Assembly: GCA_017504305.1 (NCBI GenBank)
Contig: JAFVRJ010000009.1
Coordinates: forward strand, 13,591-77,590
DNA from: Clostridia bacterium
GTDB taxonomy: Bacteria; Bacillota; Clostridia; Christensenellales; DTU072
Length of the DNA: 64,000 nucleotides
Reading direction: 5' to 3'
A model generated the notes under the pieces. It did no database searches. It was given only the letters and a program-made list of their open reading frames with translations, and was not told the origin of the DNA. Within the stretch, counting starts at the first letter, position 1. Every line of letters begins with the position of its first letter. Made by a program: the position numbers and the translations under genes. Below, piece by piece: positions 54,954 through 64,000 of this stretch.

Positions 54954-56030
54954 ATGGATTTTAGCAAAAGCGTTTTAATTTTTGCAGATATGTCGCGTGC
55001 GCATACTGCGACGGCGGTTAAGGAGTCTATTCTTAAGACCGATTCGCAAGCTCGAGTAATTATTATCGACGATATGACGTTGCACTCCGCACCGGCACTT
55101 GATTTTGCCGAAAAACTGCTTGGCTTAAAGATAAATCGCGATCGTAAAAAGGCGGTTAAGTTTGAAGAACATTTGGATAAACGGATGGATGCCGTACCGC
55201 ACTCTTCGAACGAGTTCAAAGGGGACGTCGGGTCATACGAAAAAATGAAGGAAATTATTGACCGAATCAAGCCTATTTTGATTATCACCATAGGCTACGG
55301 CGCCTTCAATGAAGCGATTGCTGTTAGAGATATGGAAAAGCTCGACTGCAAAGTAATCAACGTAGTGGACGAGTACGTTCTGAATAACGCTTTAATCAAT
55401 ACGTACATGGATGGCTATATCGTTGAAAACGAAGACGTCAAGCAAAAGCTTATTGATAATGGTATCGACTCGCAAAAAATAGCTATAGCGCATCTTCCGA
55501 TAAGGCGTACTTATTTGGAGCCGTTAACAGATGATATCAACGTAAACGTAAGGCTAAACAAGAAGTGGCCAAAGATACTGTATTTTGCTGACAAAGAGGG
55601 CGTTGAACACGAAAAGGTTTTTCACGTACTTAAAAACTACCTTTTAAAATACGATTTTTTCATTTATTGCGGAAGCAATAGGGAGCTTTATCAATCCGCC
55701 CTTAAAAACGGATTGCGTGCCTATAACGAAGGTATATCGTTACCGCATTTATACGAATTTGCAGACGTGGTTTTGACTGCTCCCATCAGTCGCAACGTAT
55801 CGATTGCAAGAGCAAAAGGTAAACTTGTAGCGCTCCTTAATTCGGAGTACGAACTGGAAAAAAGGAACGCCGAATACCTTAAAGATTTCACCGTTGATTG
55901 CTCTGACGAGGTCAAACTAAAACTCTTTTTAGAGTGTTATCCCACCCCCGATTACAAAGCTTTGGCAGAAGCTTCACGCACGCAATACGTTATTACCGCA
56001 AGTGATGCCTTAAGCGCTTTATTCGATTAA
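54954..56030 (+). CDS. UgtP/MGDG-synthase-like (GT28-type fold) protein with altered signature motifs
   Basis: Collinear with B. subtilis UgtP by eye: VLIFADMSRAHTATAVK vs VLILTANYGNGHVQVAK; VVDEYVLNNALINTYMDGYIVENEDVKQKL vs [29 protein letters not shown]. The donor-site KPGG and PGQE motifs are not conserved. Confidence 0.45.
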   Translation: MDFSKSVLIFADMSRAHTATAVKESILKTDSQARVIIIDDMTLHSAPALDFAEKLLGLKINRDRKKAVKFEEHLDKRMDAVPHSSNEFKGDVGSYEKMKEIIDRIKPILIITIGYGAFNEAIAVRDMEKLDCKVINVVDEYVLNNALINTYMDGYIVENEDVKQKLIDNGIDSQKIAIAHLPIRRTYLEPLTDDINVNVRLNKKWPKILYFADKEGVEHEKVFHVLKNYLLKYDFFIYCGSNRELYQSALKNGLRAYNEGISLPHLYEFADVVLTAPISRNVSIARAKGKLVALLNSEYELEKRNAEYLKDFTVDCSDEVKLKLFLECYPTPDYKALAEASRTQYVITASDALSALFD

Positions 56031-56653
56031 TCGTCGAGTCTACCAAATTCAAACATATGGGCAAGACGGCGCCCGTTATGTTCACTATGGGTAGCCATTT
56101 CTTTGGTTATCATGCCGATAATTGCGTGCATAGTGAACGCGGTACCGCAAGCGACCATCGTCCAATCAAAGCCGTAGTTAAGGCTAATTTCGCCACCGAT
56201 TTGAACAAGCAAGTTGAGTAGTAACATAGCTATTGCGGACGAGATAAACGAGTACTTACCGTTACGTGTGATAAAGAAGGCAAGGGTACCGATTATCAAA
56301 GCATATACGAAGTTACTTGTTCCAAAGAAGTTGCTTCCGCCGAGTAATGCAAGGCGAGTAGCCGCGTATGCAAGACCGCCAAGAATAAGTCCGATAGCCA
56401 TTGCCGTCATTTGAGAGGAAAGCTTACCGAACAAGAAGAACATTGCAAATACAACTAAATAGAATAGCAACGTACCAACACTAAAACTAAATCCGCCCCA
56501 TCTGATAATAGGTATGAAGTTGAGTCCTATAACCATAACGAAGAATATTACGGGTATCAACCAATTCGTACGCAAATCAGAAAGCACCGATTTAGCAATG
56601 CCAACTATAATCATTAGGGTTAACACACCCAAAATTATCATACTGATTAACAT
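56027..56653 (-). CDS. Integral membrane protein, unknown function
   Basis: 208-aa ORF with about 6 hydrophobic segments. SD AAGGAGG upstream. The stop overlaps the convergent gene's stop in a shared TTAA. Confidence 0.7.
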   Translation of the reverse strand: MLISMIILGVLTLMIIVGIAKSVLSDLRTNWLIPVIFFVMVIGLNFIPIIRWGGFSFSVGTLLFYLVVFAMFFLFGKLSSQMTAMAIGLILGGLAYAATRLALLGGSNFFGTSNFVYALIIGTLAFFITRNGKYSFISSAIAMLLLNLLVQIGGEISLNYGFDWTMVACGTAFTMHAIIGMITKEMATHSEHNGRRLAHMFEFGRLDD

Positions 56654-56704
56654 ATATTAATCCTCCTTGTAGGTAGTTTGTCCAAAGAGGATAAGATTAT
56701 ACGC

Positions 56705-56738
56705 AAATAAAATAAGCTCCCTTTATCTTGGGAGCTTA
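56705..56738 (-). terminator. Rho-independent terminator after recR
   Basis: On the - strand: TAAGCTCCC / loop / GGGAGCTTA followed by TTTTATTT. Confidence 0.8.
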
Positions 56739-56757
56739 ATCTATTAATCAATGGTAA

Positions 56758-57339
56758 TTATAATTCTTTTCTGTCGTTGAGCGCTCTTGATAACGTCATT
56801 TCGTCCGCGTATTCGATTTCGCTACCCATCGGTATGCCGTGCGCGAGGCGAGTGACTTTTACGCCCAAAGGTTTTAGAAGTTGAGCAATATATGTAGCGG
56901 TCATTTCACCGCTGACGTCGGGGTTAGTAGCAATTATAACTTCCTTTACTCCGTCAAGACGGGTGATTAACTCGCGTATGCGGATTTGTTCTGCACCAAT
57001 ACCTTTTTGAAAATCGAGTGCGCCGTGTAAAACGTGATAAAGACCGTTATAGGTACCAAGTTTTTCGAAGGCTTGCACGTCGCGAGGCTCTTGCACTACG
57101 CAAATAATAGATTTATCGGCGGTTTCGCAACGAGCACAAATTTCGCGGTCGGTATAGTTACCGCACTCGGAACAAAAATGGATGGTGGATTTAGCTTCCT
57201 CGATTGCTTCGAGAAAATCCCTAACTTCTTCCTCATCCATATCGATAATCGCGTACGCGTAGCGAGTTGCGGTTTTTAGGCCGACAGCAGGGAGCTTGCG
57301 TAATTGCGCAATCAGTTTAGTAAGAGCTTCAGGTTGCAT
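56758..57339 (-). CDS. recR: Recombination protein RecR
   Basis: HhH N-terminus, C4 zinc finger CSECGNYTDREICARC, Toprim block. Confidence 0.95.
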   Translation of the reverse strand: MQPEALTKLIAQLRKLPAVGLKTATRYAYAIIDMDEEEVRDFLEAIEEAKSTIHFCSECGNYTDREICARCETADKSIICVVQEPRDVQAFEKLGTYNGLYHVLHGALDFQKGIGAEQIRIRELITRLDGVKEVIIATNPDVSGEMTATYIAQLLKPLGVKVTRLAHGIPMGSEIEYADEMTLSRALNDRKEL

Positions 57340-57692
57340 TAAAACAAGCCTCCAAGTCCGCCTGCACCACCGGTGAGCGGTCCCATAACTCTCTTTTGTT
57401 CCTCCTCGACAAGAGCCATTGCTTCGTTAAAAGCAGCGACTATCATATCTTCGAGCATTTCTACGTCGTCGGGATCAACGCAAGCAGGATTAATTTTTAT
57501 AGAACTTAAAGTTCTGTCGCAACCCATAACAACTTCGACCATACCGCCTGAAGAGGTTGCAACTACTTCGGTTTCTTCAAGTTCTTTTTGAGCTTCGGCT
57601 AATTGCTTTTGCATTTGTTGAGCTTGGCGCATTAATTGTTGCATATTTCCACCGCCACCGCCAAAGCCACCGTATCCGTTAAATTTGGCCAT
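57339..57692 (-). CDS. ybaB: Nucleoid-associated protein YbaB/EbfC
   Basis: MQQLMRQAQQMQKQLAEAQKELE..GGMVEV pattern. Canonical position between dnaX and recR. Confidence 0.92.
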   Translation of the reverse strand: MAKFNGYGGFGGGGGNMQQLMRQAQQMQKQLAEAQKELEETEVVATSSGGMVEVVMGCDRTLSSIKINPACVDPDDVEMLEDMIVAAFNEAMALVEEEQKRVMGPLTGGAGGLGGLF

Positions 57693-57744
57693 AATAATAC
57701 CTCCGTAATTACCTTATATTATATGCGCATCAGCGCAAAGCGTT

Positions 57745-59376
57745 TTATTTTTTGCGATCTTCGAGATTGCTTCCGAAGAGATCTAATAGTTTTTTGCGAT
57801 CCTCGTCCTTGATTTTGCGACCGGCACCGTTTGCTGCGTTAACAAACTCGACTTCGTAATCGTCGTCAGCAGTTGCTTCCTTTAGCGTGGTGCTAACAAG
57901 AGTCTTTCGTTCGGCGTTATCAAAGACCGTAATGGATGCGTTATCGGCAAGATTAAACGATAAAGTTTTGCCCTCAAGTACGTAGTTGTTTTGGCGCGAT
58001 AGGGCGCTATATACTACGGTGTCGCCCTTTTCACGCAAGGAAGTTAAAAGTAGTCCTACAAGCATTTTTGCACGCTCGTCAACCTTGGGGGCTTTGGGCG
58101 CGTCCTCAAAGACTTTAGCTCCCTCTACTTTTGTAGAATATTTAGCTATAGTATCCGCTAATTTAGCTTTAGGGACACTATTTACAGGAGTTTGCGGTAT
58201 AACCATTTGCGGAGCGATACCGGTCAACGCGGCTCTGCGAACAAGTTTTTCAAGTTCGTTTATGCGAGAAACCAACGCCTCGTTACTAAACTCCGTTTTG
58301 AGTTCGGTTGCCTTTACGAGTATTGCTTCGTATACAATGCGCGGTTGAGTAGTAAATCTCAAAGTGGACTCGCAAGTAGAGAGAATATCCATAACTCTTG
58401 CAATAGCATAGTTATCGTGCTCGGCGCCAAGATTTTTAACTGCTTCCAGTTCGCTTGCAGTAAAACCGCTGTTATATTGAGGTACGTTTTTAACGGTTAT
58501 GAGCTTGCGGAAGAATTCTGCAAGCTCTTTATTGAGTGTGGTTAAGCCTTTACCTTTAGCGTAAACCTTTTCGGCTTCCGCTATAACAGTCGGTACGTCA
58601 CCGCTCAAAATGCCGTTTGCGAGGCTATATAGCGTATCAAAATCTGATGCACCTAAAACTTCCAATACGTCCTCGTAAGTTAGCTTTTCGGGGGCGTACG
58701 AAATGCACATGTCTGCAAGTGAAAGGGTGTCGCGGACACTACCTTCGCCGTGTATAGCAAGTTGTTCGAGAGCTGCAACTTCGTAACCATAACCCATGTC
58801 GTCAAAAATCTCTTTTAAGAGATTTACAAGTTCATCTTGGCTTACCAAGCGGAAGTCGAAACGCATACAACGAGATAGTATGGTTTGCGGTAACTTATGG
58901 ACTTCAGTTGTGGCAAGTATAAATATAACGTGATGAGGCGGTTCCTCGAGTGTTTTAAGCAGTGCGTTGAAAGCACTGGTTGAAAGCATGTGAACCTCGT
59001 CGATAATGTAGACGCGGTATTTGCCAACGGAGGGTTGGAATTGAACGCTTTCTTTAAGATCGCGGATTTCGTCTACGCCGTTGTTGGATGCGGCGTCCAT
59101 TTCGATAATATCGACGTTATTATTGTTTTTGAGGCTTTGACAAACTTCGCATTTACCACAAGGGGATCCGTTGACGGGGTTGAGGCAATTAACGGCTCTT
59201 GCAAAGATTTTTGCCGAGCTTGTCTTACCCGTTCCGCGGGTACCGGTAAATAAATATGCGTGACCGACGGTGCCCGTTTTTATCTGATTGATAAGAGTGG
59301 TTACAATGTGGTTTTGTCCTATGACCTTATCCCAAGTGGAGGGACGGTATTTGCGGTATAGTGAAACGTATGCCAT
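57745..59376 (-). CDS. dnaX: DNA polymerase III gamma/tau subunit
   Basis: HAYLFTGTRGTGKTS Walker A, zinc module CGKCEVC, DEVHMLS, SRC sensor. Confidence 0.95.
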   Translation of the reverse strand: MAYVSLYRKYRPSTWDKVIGQNHIVTTLINQIKTGTVGHAYLFTGTRGTGKTSSAKIFARAVNCLNPVNGSPCGKCEVCQSLKNNNNVDIIEMDAASNNGVDEIRDLKESVQFQPSVGKYRVYIIDEVHMLSTSAFNALLKTLEEPPHHVIFILATTEVHKLPQTILSRCMRFDFRLVSQDELVNLLKEIFDDMGYGYEVAALEQLAIHGEGSVRDTLSLADMCISYAPEKLTYEDVLEVLGASDFDTLYSLANGILSGDVPTVIAEAEKVYAKGKGLTTLNKELAEFFRKLITVKNVPQYNSGFTASELEAVKNLGAEHDNYAIARVMDILSTCESTLRFTTQPRIVYEAILVKATELKTEFSNEALVSRINELEKLVRRAALTGIAPQMVIPQTPVNSVPKAKLADTIAKYSTKVEGAKVFEDAPKAPKVDERAKMLVGLLLTSLREKGDTVVYSALSRQNNYVLEGKTLSFNLADNASITVFDNAERKTLVSTTLKEATADDDYEVEFVNAANGAGRKIKDEDRKKLLDLFGSNLEDRKK

Positions 59377-60908
59377 TATGCTTTGATTCCTAAAGTAGCA
59401 AGGAAGTTTTCAAATGCTTTTTGTCCGATTTCGGTATTTTTAAATACCGCAGTGCATTCGAGGATCCTTACACAAGTGTTGTTTATGTAGTTTACTACTA
59501 TCTTTTCTGCATCGTCTGAAGAGTTTGCGGTGCCGTTATCGTTTACGAGTTGGGCTATCATGCCGAGGTGTTTAGAGAGGGGATTTTTCTCATCGCTTAA
59601 CTCTGCAAAGTTAAGAGCGGTCTTGCCGGTAAGGATATCGACTATGCCGGTGATTTCGCTTGCCAATCTGCCGGGCAAAATGAAAGTTCCCATAGCTTCG
59701 ATAAGACCGATGCCTTCCTTTTTGATGTTATGCATATCCTCGGTGGGGTGATAAATACCATAGGGGTGAGTTTCATTGGTGCGGTTGTTGCGTAGAATCA
59801 AGTAGAGTGCGTACTCGTCGCCTTCCTTGCAAGCAATGGGGGTGATGGTGTTATGGGGAGCAGAGGTTTCTGCGATAACGCCAACGGAAGTATCGGTGTA
59901 CTTACGCCATGATGCAAGAATATTTTGTGCAAGAGCTTCAATATCTTTACGTACGGTACCGCTCAACTTGATAACGGAGTTGTACCAATCGAGGATAGCA
60001 ACGTTGACGGTGGGGTAGTCGGGGTGACTGAAGGACTTGCGGTTGGGGCGACCGAACATGGGCAATACTTTTTTACCGCCTTGGTAGTGCTCGTGTGCAA
60101 GTATAGATCCGCCGACGATGGGTAGGTCTGCGTTAGAGCCCATAAAGTAATGGGGGAAAAGCTCTACGAAGTCGAGCAGACGGGTAAAAGTCATGGGGGT
60201 TATTGACATCGGTTGATGTCTTTCGCTTACGGCGATACAGTGGTTATCGAAGTAAACGTAGGGGGAGTATTGCATAAACCAAGGCTCGTCGTTTAGATAC
60301 ATCGGTATGATACGGATGGTTTCGCGAGCGGGGTGTTTATAGCTACCTTCAAAGCCCAAGTTTTCAACGCAAAGCATGCACTTGGGGTAGTTGGTTGCGG
60401 GCATTGAACGCTCTAACGCAACTTGCTCGTTTGATTTTTCGGGTTTTGAAAGGTTAATGGTAATGGTCAAATCGCCGTTAGGGCAGCTTGCCGTCCATTT
60501 AATATTCTTTTTAATGTCCGGAGTGCGGATGTAGTTGCTGTTAACGCTTAAAGCATTAAGATAATCGGTTGCGGCTTCGATGCCTTGGTTAGCTGCTATG
60601 GCATCGAATTCTGCCATAACAACGCTGGGGGCGGGCATGACCAAGCCGATAACTTTAGTTTCGAAAAGGAGTTTCGCTTTAGGATCGGCCAAACCGTTCT
60701 CAACGGCGTAGTCTACTATTTTGTCAATGATGCCGGTTTGGAAATCGGGGAGTTTTTTATCGGCGACTTCGGGCTCGGTGAGCTTGAACTCGGCAAGCAA
60801 TCTGTTATGAGCATAAATCGCATCGTAGTGATTAAGGCCGAGTTTATCTACGGCGTAAGCGACAAGGTTAGCAAAGTGTTTTGCGATAGATTGGTTTTGC
60901 TTGGGCAT
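59376..60908 (-). CDS. galT: UDP-glucose--hexose-1-phosphate uridylyltransferase (long Firmicutes-type form)
   Basis: About 500-aa form with PKCMLCVENLGFEG and GGSILAHEHYQGG (HxHxQ) blocks. Divergent from galK. Confidence 0.9.
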   Translation of the reverse strand: MPKQNQSIAKHFANLVAYAVDKLGLNHYDAIYAHNRLLAEFKLTEPEVADKKLPDFQTGIIDKIVDYAVENGLADPKAKLLFETKVIGLVMPAPSVVMAEFDAIAANQGIEAATDYLNALSVNSNYIRTPDIKKNIKWTASCPNGDLTITINLSKPEKSNEQVALERSMPATNYPKCMLCVENLGFEGSYKHPARETIRIIPMYLNDEPWFMQYSPYVYFDNHCIAVSERHQPMSITPMTFTRLLDFVELFPHYFMGSNADLPIVGGSILAHEHYQGGKKVLPMFGRPNRKSFSHPDYPTVNVAILDWYNSVIKLSGTVRKDIEALAQNILASWRKYTDTSVGVIAETSAPHNTITPIACKEGDEYALYLILRNNRTNETHPYGIYHPTEDMHNIKKEGIGLIEAMGTFILPGRLASEITGIVDILTGKTALNFAELSDEKNPLSKHLGMIAQLVNDNGTANSSDDAEKIVVNYINNTCVRILECTAVFKNTEIGQKAFENFLATLGIKA

Positions 60909-61005
60909 AATAAATCCTTAAAAGTTATGTTTAATATTTTATTTACTTATCTAAATAAGTATGATATAATTCAAATTATCTTAATTATACACGGAGAACA
61001 GAATT

Positions 61006-62280
61006 TTGGCAATATTATACGACAAAAAAAGTTTAGCTGCAAACAATAAATTTATTGCTACTGCCGAAGCTTTATACGGCGGTAACGTTGAAGCTTGTGC
61101 AGAGCGTTACGCTATGCTCGCTGAAGCTCACAAACAAAACGTAGAAGGCGAAATTATCTTCTATAGCGCTTCCGGTCGTATCGAAGTTACCGGTAACCAT
61201 ACTGACCACAATAACGGTAAAGTTTTATGTGCCGCTGTATCGGTAGACTTACTTGCAGCAGTAACACCGCTTGCAGAGCCTAAAATCGTTGTAAAAAGTC
61301 TTGGATATCCCGTCGTTGAAGTGGATATTAACGACTTAAGCATCCACGAGGAAGAAAAGGGCGGTTCGTTTGCACTTGTTCGCGGAGTATGTAAAGCATT
61401 TAAAGATAGGGGCTATAACATCGGCGGATTCTATGCAACCACGGTATCCGACGTATTCAAAGGCGCAGGCATGTCAAGCTCTGCATCATTTGAGGTTTTG
61501 GTATCTGCAATCCTCGACAACCTCTACAATGGCGACAGCATTAGCGCGGTTGAAAAGGCAATTATCAGCCAATATGCCGAAAACGTTTACTTTGGTAAGC
61601 CGTCCGGACTTATGGACCAATCGGCTATAGCACTTGGTGGTGTAAGCTATATCGACTTTGAAGATCCCTCCAATCCTCAAGTGGAAAAACTCGATTGGGG
61701 ATTTGACGATACTACCGTTTTTGTAGTGAACTGTGGTGGAGACCACTGCAATCTTACCCCCAACTACGCAGCTATCCGTGAGGAAATGGAAGCTATTGCC
61801 GGAGAATTCGGTCAAAAGAAGCTCCGCTTTGTAGACGTTGATGAGTTCTACGCATCAATACCTGCTCTTAAAGAAAAGTTTAGCGGTAGAGCAATTCTTC
61901 GTGCAATGCACTATTTTGAAGAAAACGAACGCGTTGAAGCACTGCGAGAGGCTATCCACTCTGCAGATGAAGAACTTGCATACGATATCATCACCATGTC
62001 AGGCATTAGCTCTTACCAAAAGTTACAAAACGTTTATGCAGAAGGCGATTGCTCCGAGCCTATTCCGCTTGCACTTGCCCTTTGCGAAGGCTTTGACGGC
62101 GTAATGGCGTATAGAGTACACGGCGGCGGGTTTGCAGGCACAATACTTGCATTTGTCGATAACGATTGTGCAGACGATTTCCACGGATATATGTCCACCG
62201 TATTCGGTGATAAAAACGTTTATAGACTCAAGATCCGTAACGTAGGCGGAACCAGACTTGATTTAGGAGAAAACGATTAA
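61006..62280 (+). CDS. galK: Galactokinase
   Basis: GRIEVTGNHTDHNNG (galactokinase signature), GHMP block GAGMSSSAS, GGGFAGT. TTG start after GGAG. Confidence 0.9.
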   Translation: MAILYDKKSLAANNKFIATAEALYGGNVEACAERYAMLAEAHKQNVEGEIIFYSASGRIEVTGNHTDHNNGKVLCAAVSVDLLAAVTPLAEPKIVVKSLGYPVVEVDINDLSIHEEEKGGSFALVRGVCKAFKDRGYNIGGFYATTVSDVFKGAGMSSSASFEVLVSAILDNLYNGDSISAVEKAIISQYAENVYFGKPSGLMDQSAIALGGVSYIDFEDPSNPQVEKLDWGFDDTTVFVVNCGGDHCNLTPNYAAIREEMEAIAGEFGQKKLRFVDVDEFYASIPALKEKFSGRAILRAMHYFEENERVEALREAIHSADEELAYDIITMSGISSYQKLQNVYAEGDCSEPIPLALALCEGFDGVMAYRVHGGGFAGTILAFVDNDCADDFHGYMSTVFGDKNVYRLKIRNVGGTRLDLGEND

Positions 62281-63185
62281 TGTTTTTAGCTCAAAGTGCC
62301 CATTGGACGGGCGAAGTTGATTCTGTAGCTTTTACCATTTTTGGTAGGGATATAGCTTGGTACGGCATAATTATTACGTGCGCTATGATTATCGGCTTAA
62401 TTGTCGCAACTATACGCGCCAAAAAAGTTGGTTTAACTTTTGATGATTTGGTTGAAGTATTTATTTGTGCTATTCCTCTTGCTATAATCGGCGCGAGATT
62501 GGGCTACGTTATGGTACGCCCCGAGTATTTCCCGAGCGATTTCGGATGGTCTGATTTTGTGCAAATATTTGCCGTATGGGATGGTGGCTTAACCATTATG
62601 ACGGGCGTTCCGTTCGGTTTACTCGGAGGATTCCTTTGGTCAAAATGGCGCAAGGTAAACTTTATTGACGTTGCAGATATCATCATACCTGTAGTACTCC
62701 TTTCGCAAGGCCTTGGCAGATGGGGCAATTTCTGCAACCAAGAAATCTACGGCGCACCGATCACCAACCCCAATTTGCAATGGTTCCCCATGGCGGTTTA
62801 TATCAACCGTATGGGCGGATTTTATCAAGCAACTTTCTTCTATGAGATGTTCCTTGATATTCTATTCTTCGTTATCTTAATGGTGGTACTACGCCATTTA
62901 AAAGTCAGGGGAGCGGGCGTATTGCTTTATGCTTTCTCTTACGGCTTAATAAGATTTGTATTAGAGTTCTTCCGCGATGACGGCGACCTCTATGCAGTTG
63001 TAAATTATAACCAAATTATTTGCGGAGTATTGGCTTTAGCCGCTGCAATTACACTTGCCGTATTAATAGTTTTGAAAGTCAAAAAAGGCGAAAAAGTTTG
63101 GTATGGCAAAGGCGGAATTCCTAAAGAATTACTACCTGAAATTCAAGTACAATCAAAATCTAAAAAAGAGGCTAAAGGTAACTAA
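62280..63185 (+). CDS. lgt: Prolipoprotein diacylglyceryl transferase
   Basis: GARLGYV, VWDGGLTIMTG and GRWGNFCNQEIYG signature blocks. TAATG overlap with galK. Confidence 0.93.
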   Translation: MFLAQSAHWTGEVDSVAFTIFGRDIAWYGIIITCAMIIGLIVATIRAKKVGLTFDDLVEVFICAIPLAIIGARLGYVMVRPEYFPSDFGWSDFVQIFAVWDGGLTIMTGVPFGLLGGFLWSKWRKVNFIDVADIIIPVVLLSQGLGRWGNFCNQEIYGAPITNPNLQWFPMAVYINRMGGFYQATFFYEMFLDILFFVILMVVLRHLKVRGAGVLLYAFSYGLIRFVLEFFRDDGDLYAVVNYNQIICGVLALAAAITLAVLIVLKVKKGEKVWYGKGGIPKELLPEIQVQSKSKKEAKGN

Positions 63186-63200
63186 AATAGGAGTTTTGGT

Positions 63201-64000
63201 ATGAGAAACTTGACATTACTTACTGATTTATATCAACTTACCATGATGAACGGCTATGCCGAAACCGACATGGCTGATAGAGAGGCAGTGTTCGATTTAT
63301 TCTTTAGACCGGCACCACACCTTGATTTTGCAGTAGTAGCAGGCATCGAGCAAGCTATCGACTACATTAACAACCTTCATTTTGACGATAGCGACGTCGC
63401 ATATTTGAGGAGCTTGAATCTGTTTGGCGAAAAGTTTTTCGAGCGCATCAAAAACTTTAAGTTCACAGGCGATATCTATGCTATGCGCGAAGGTGAAATG
63501 GTTTTCCCGATGGAGCCTATTTTAACAGTTAAGGCACCGTTGTTTGAAGCACAACTTATCGAGACAACGTTGCTAAATCTTATTAATCACCAAACCCTAA
63601 TTGCAACCAAGGCTATGCGCATGGCAAACGAAACCACCGGCGCTATAGCCGAGTTTGGCTTACGTCGCGCACAAGGTCCCGATGCGGGTTTATACGGAGC
63701 AAGAGCGGCGATGATAGGGGGATGTGCAAACACCTCTAACGTGCTTGCAGGCAAGACCTTTGATATCAAAATTAGTGGTACTCATGCACACAGCTGGGTT
63801 ATGAGTTTCCCGACAGAGCTTGAGGCCTTTGAAACTTATGCCAAACTCAACCCCGATGCATGTTTGTTGTTGGTTGATACTTATAACACCTTAAAGAGTG
63901 GCGTTCCCAATGCGATCAAAGTATTTGATAAGCTCAAAAAGGCGGGACATAAGCCTTTAGGCATTAGACTTGACTCCGGCGACCTTGCTTACTTAAGTAA
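63201..64000 (+). CDS. pncB: Nicotinate phosphoribosyltransferase (partial, runs off the right edge)
   Basis: My own translation from ATG 63201: MRNLTLLTDLYQLTMMNGY..., FGLRRAQGPDAG, GTHAHSWVM. SD AGGAG upstream. Not in the ORF track because no stop falls inside the window. Confidence 0.9.
   Translation, partial: MRNLTLLTDLYQLTMMNGYAETDMADREAVFDLFFRPAPHLDFAVVAGIEQAIDYINNLHFDDSDVAYLRSLNLFGEKFFERIKNFKFTGDIYAMREGEMVFPMEPILTVKAPLFEAQLIETTLLNLINHQTLIATKAMRMANETTGAIAEFGLRRAQGPDAGLYGARAAMIGGCANTSNVLAGKTFDIKISGTHAHSWVMSFPTELEAFETYAKLNPDACLLLVDTYNTLKSGVPNAIKVFDKLKKAGHKPLGIRLDSGDLAYLS

Noticed and set aside
59376-59400. Expected SRP RNA (ffs/scr) upstream of dnaX, as in the Bacillus scr-dnaX-ybaB-recR arrangement
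   Set aside because: The galT stop abuts the dnaX start (both at 59376), leaving no intergenic space. No SRP-RNA-like helix was found.

Overview
64-kb chromosomal window from a moderately AT-rich bacterium that uses the standard code (TGA serves as a stop). It looks monoderm and Bacillota-like: Lgt plus several lipobox proteins, WhiA, MurB, RNase J and a long-form GalT. Species cannot be determined from this window. The left ~36 kb is accessory. It holds three very large surface proteins: 1,886 aa (GLUG/MBG-like, C-terminal TM anchor), and 1,231-aa and 3,554-aa Ig-like/MBG-like lipoproteins. It also holds a signal-less Cys-type sulfatase, a tightly coupled 7-gene operon (citrate synthase, GH20, PHP, GDPD, oxidoreductase, (alpha/alpha)6 hydrolase), and a HemL-like aminotransferase + paired class II aldolases + GPH symporter module that ends in a catalytically degenerate Y1(HUH)-transposase-like/HTH protein. 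The right ~28 kb is mostly core: tRNA-Glu, uvrC, dnaE, whiA, murB, a NitT/TauT-type ABC importer, serA-serC, RNase J, recR-ybaB-dnaX, galT/galK, lgt, pncB. One more anchored surface protein sits there. Signals the gene calls do not explain: (1) a mirror-symmetric array of eight GT(T/G)ATAT heptamers interleaved with sequence-variable mini-hairpins at 6109-6281; (2) three copies of the tRNA-Glu 3' end delimiting two integrase-less mini-elements that share a conserved double-hairpin module (36494-36929); (3) clusters of GCGCGC-type alternating CG tracts in selected promoter regions, densest upstream of the 3,554-aa gene; (4) an intragenic codon-usage break inside that gene; (5) two apparently leaderless genes. 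All functional links are inference from reading the sequence; no searches were run.
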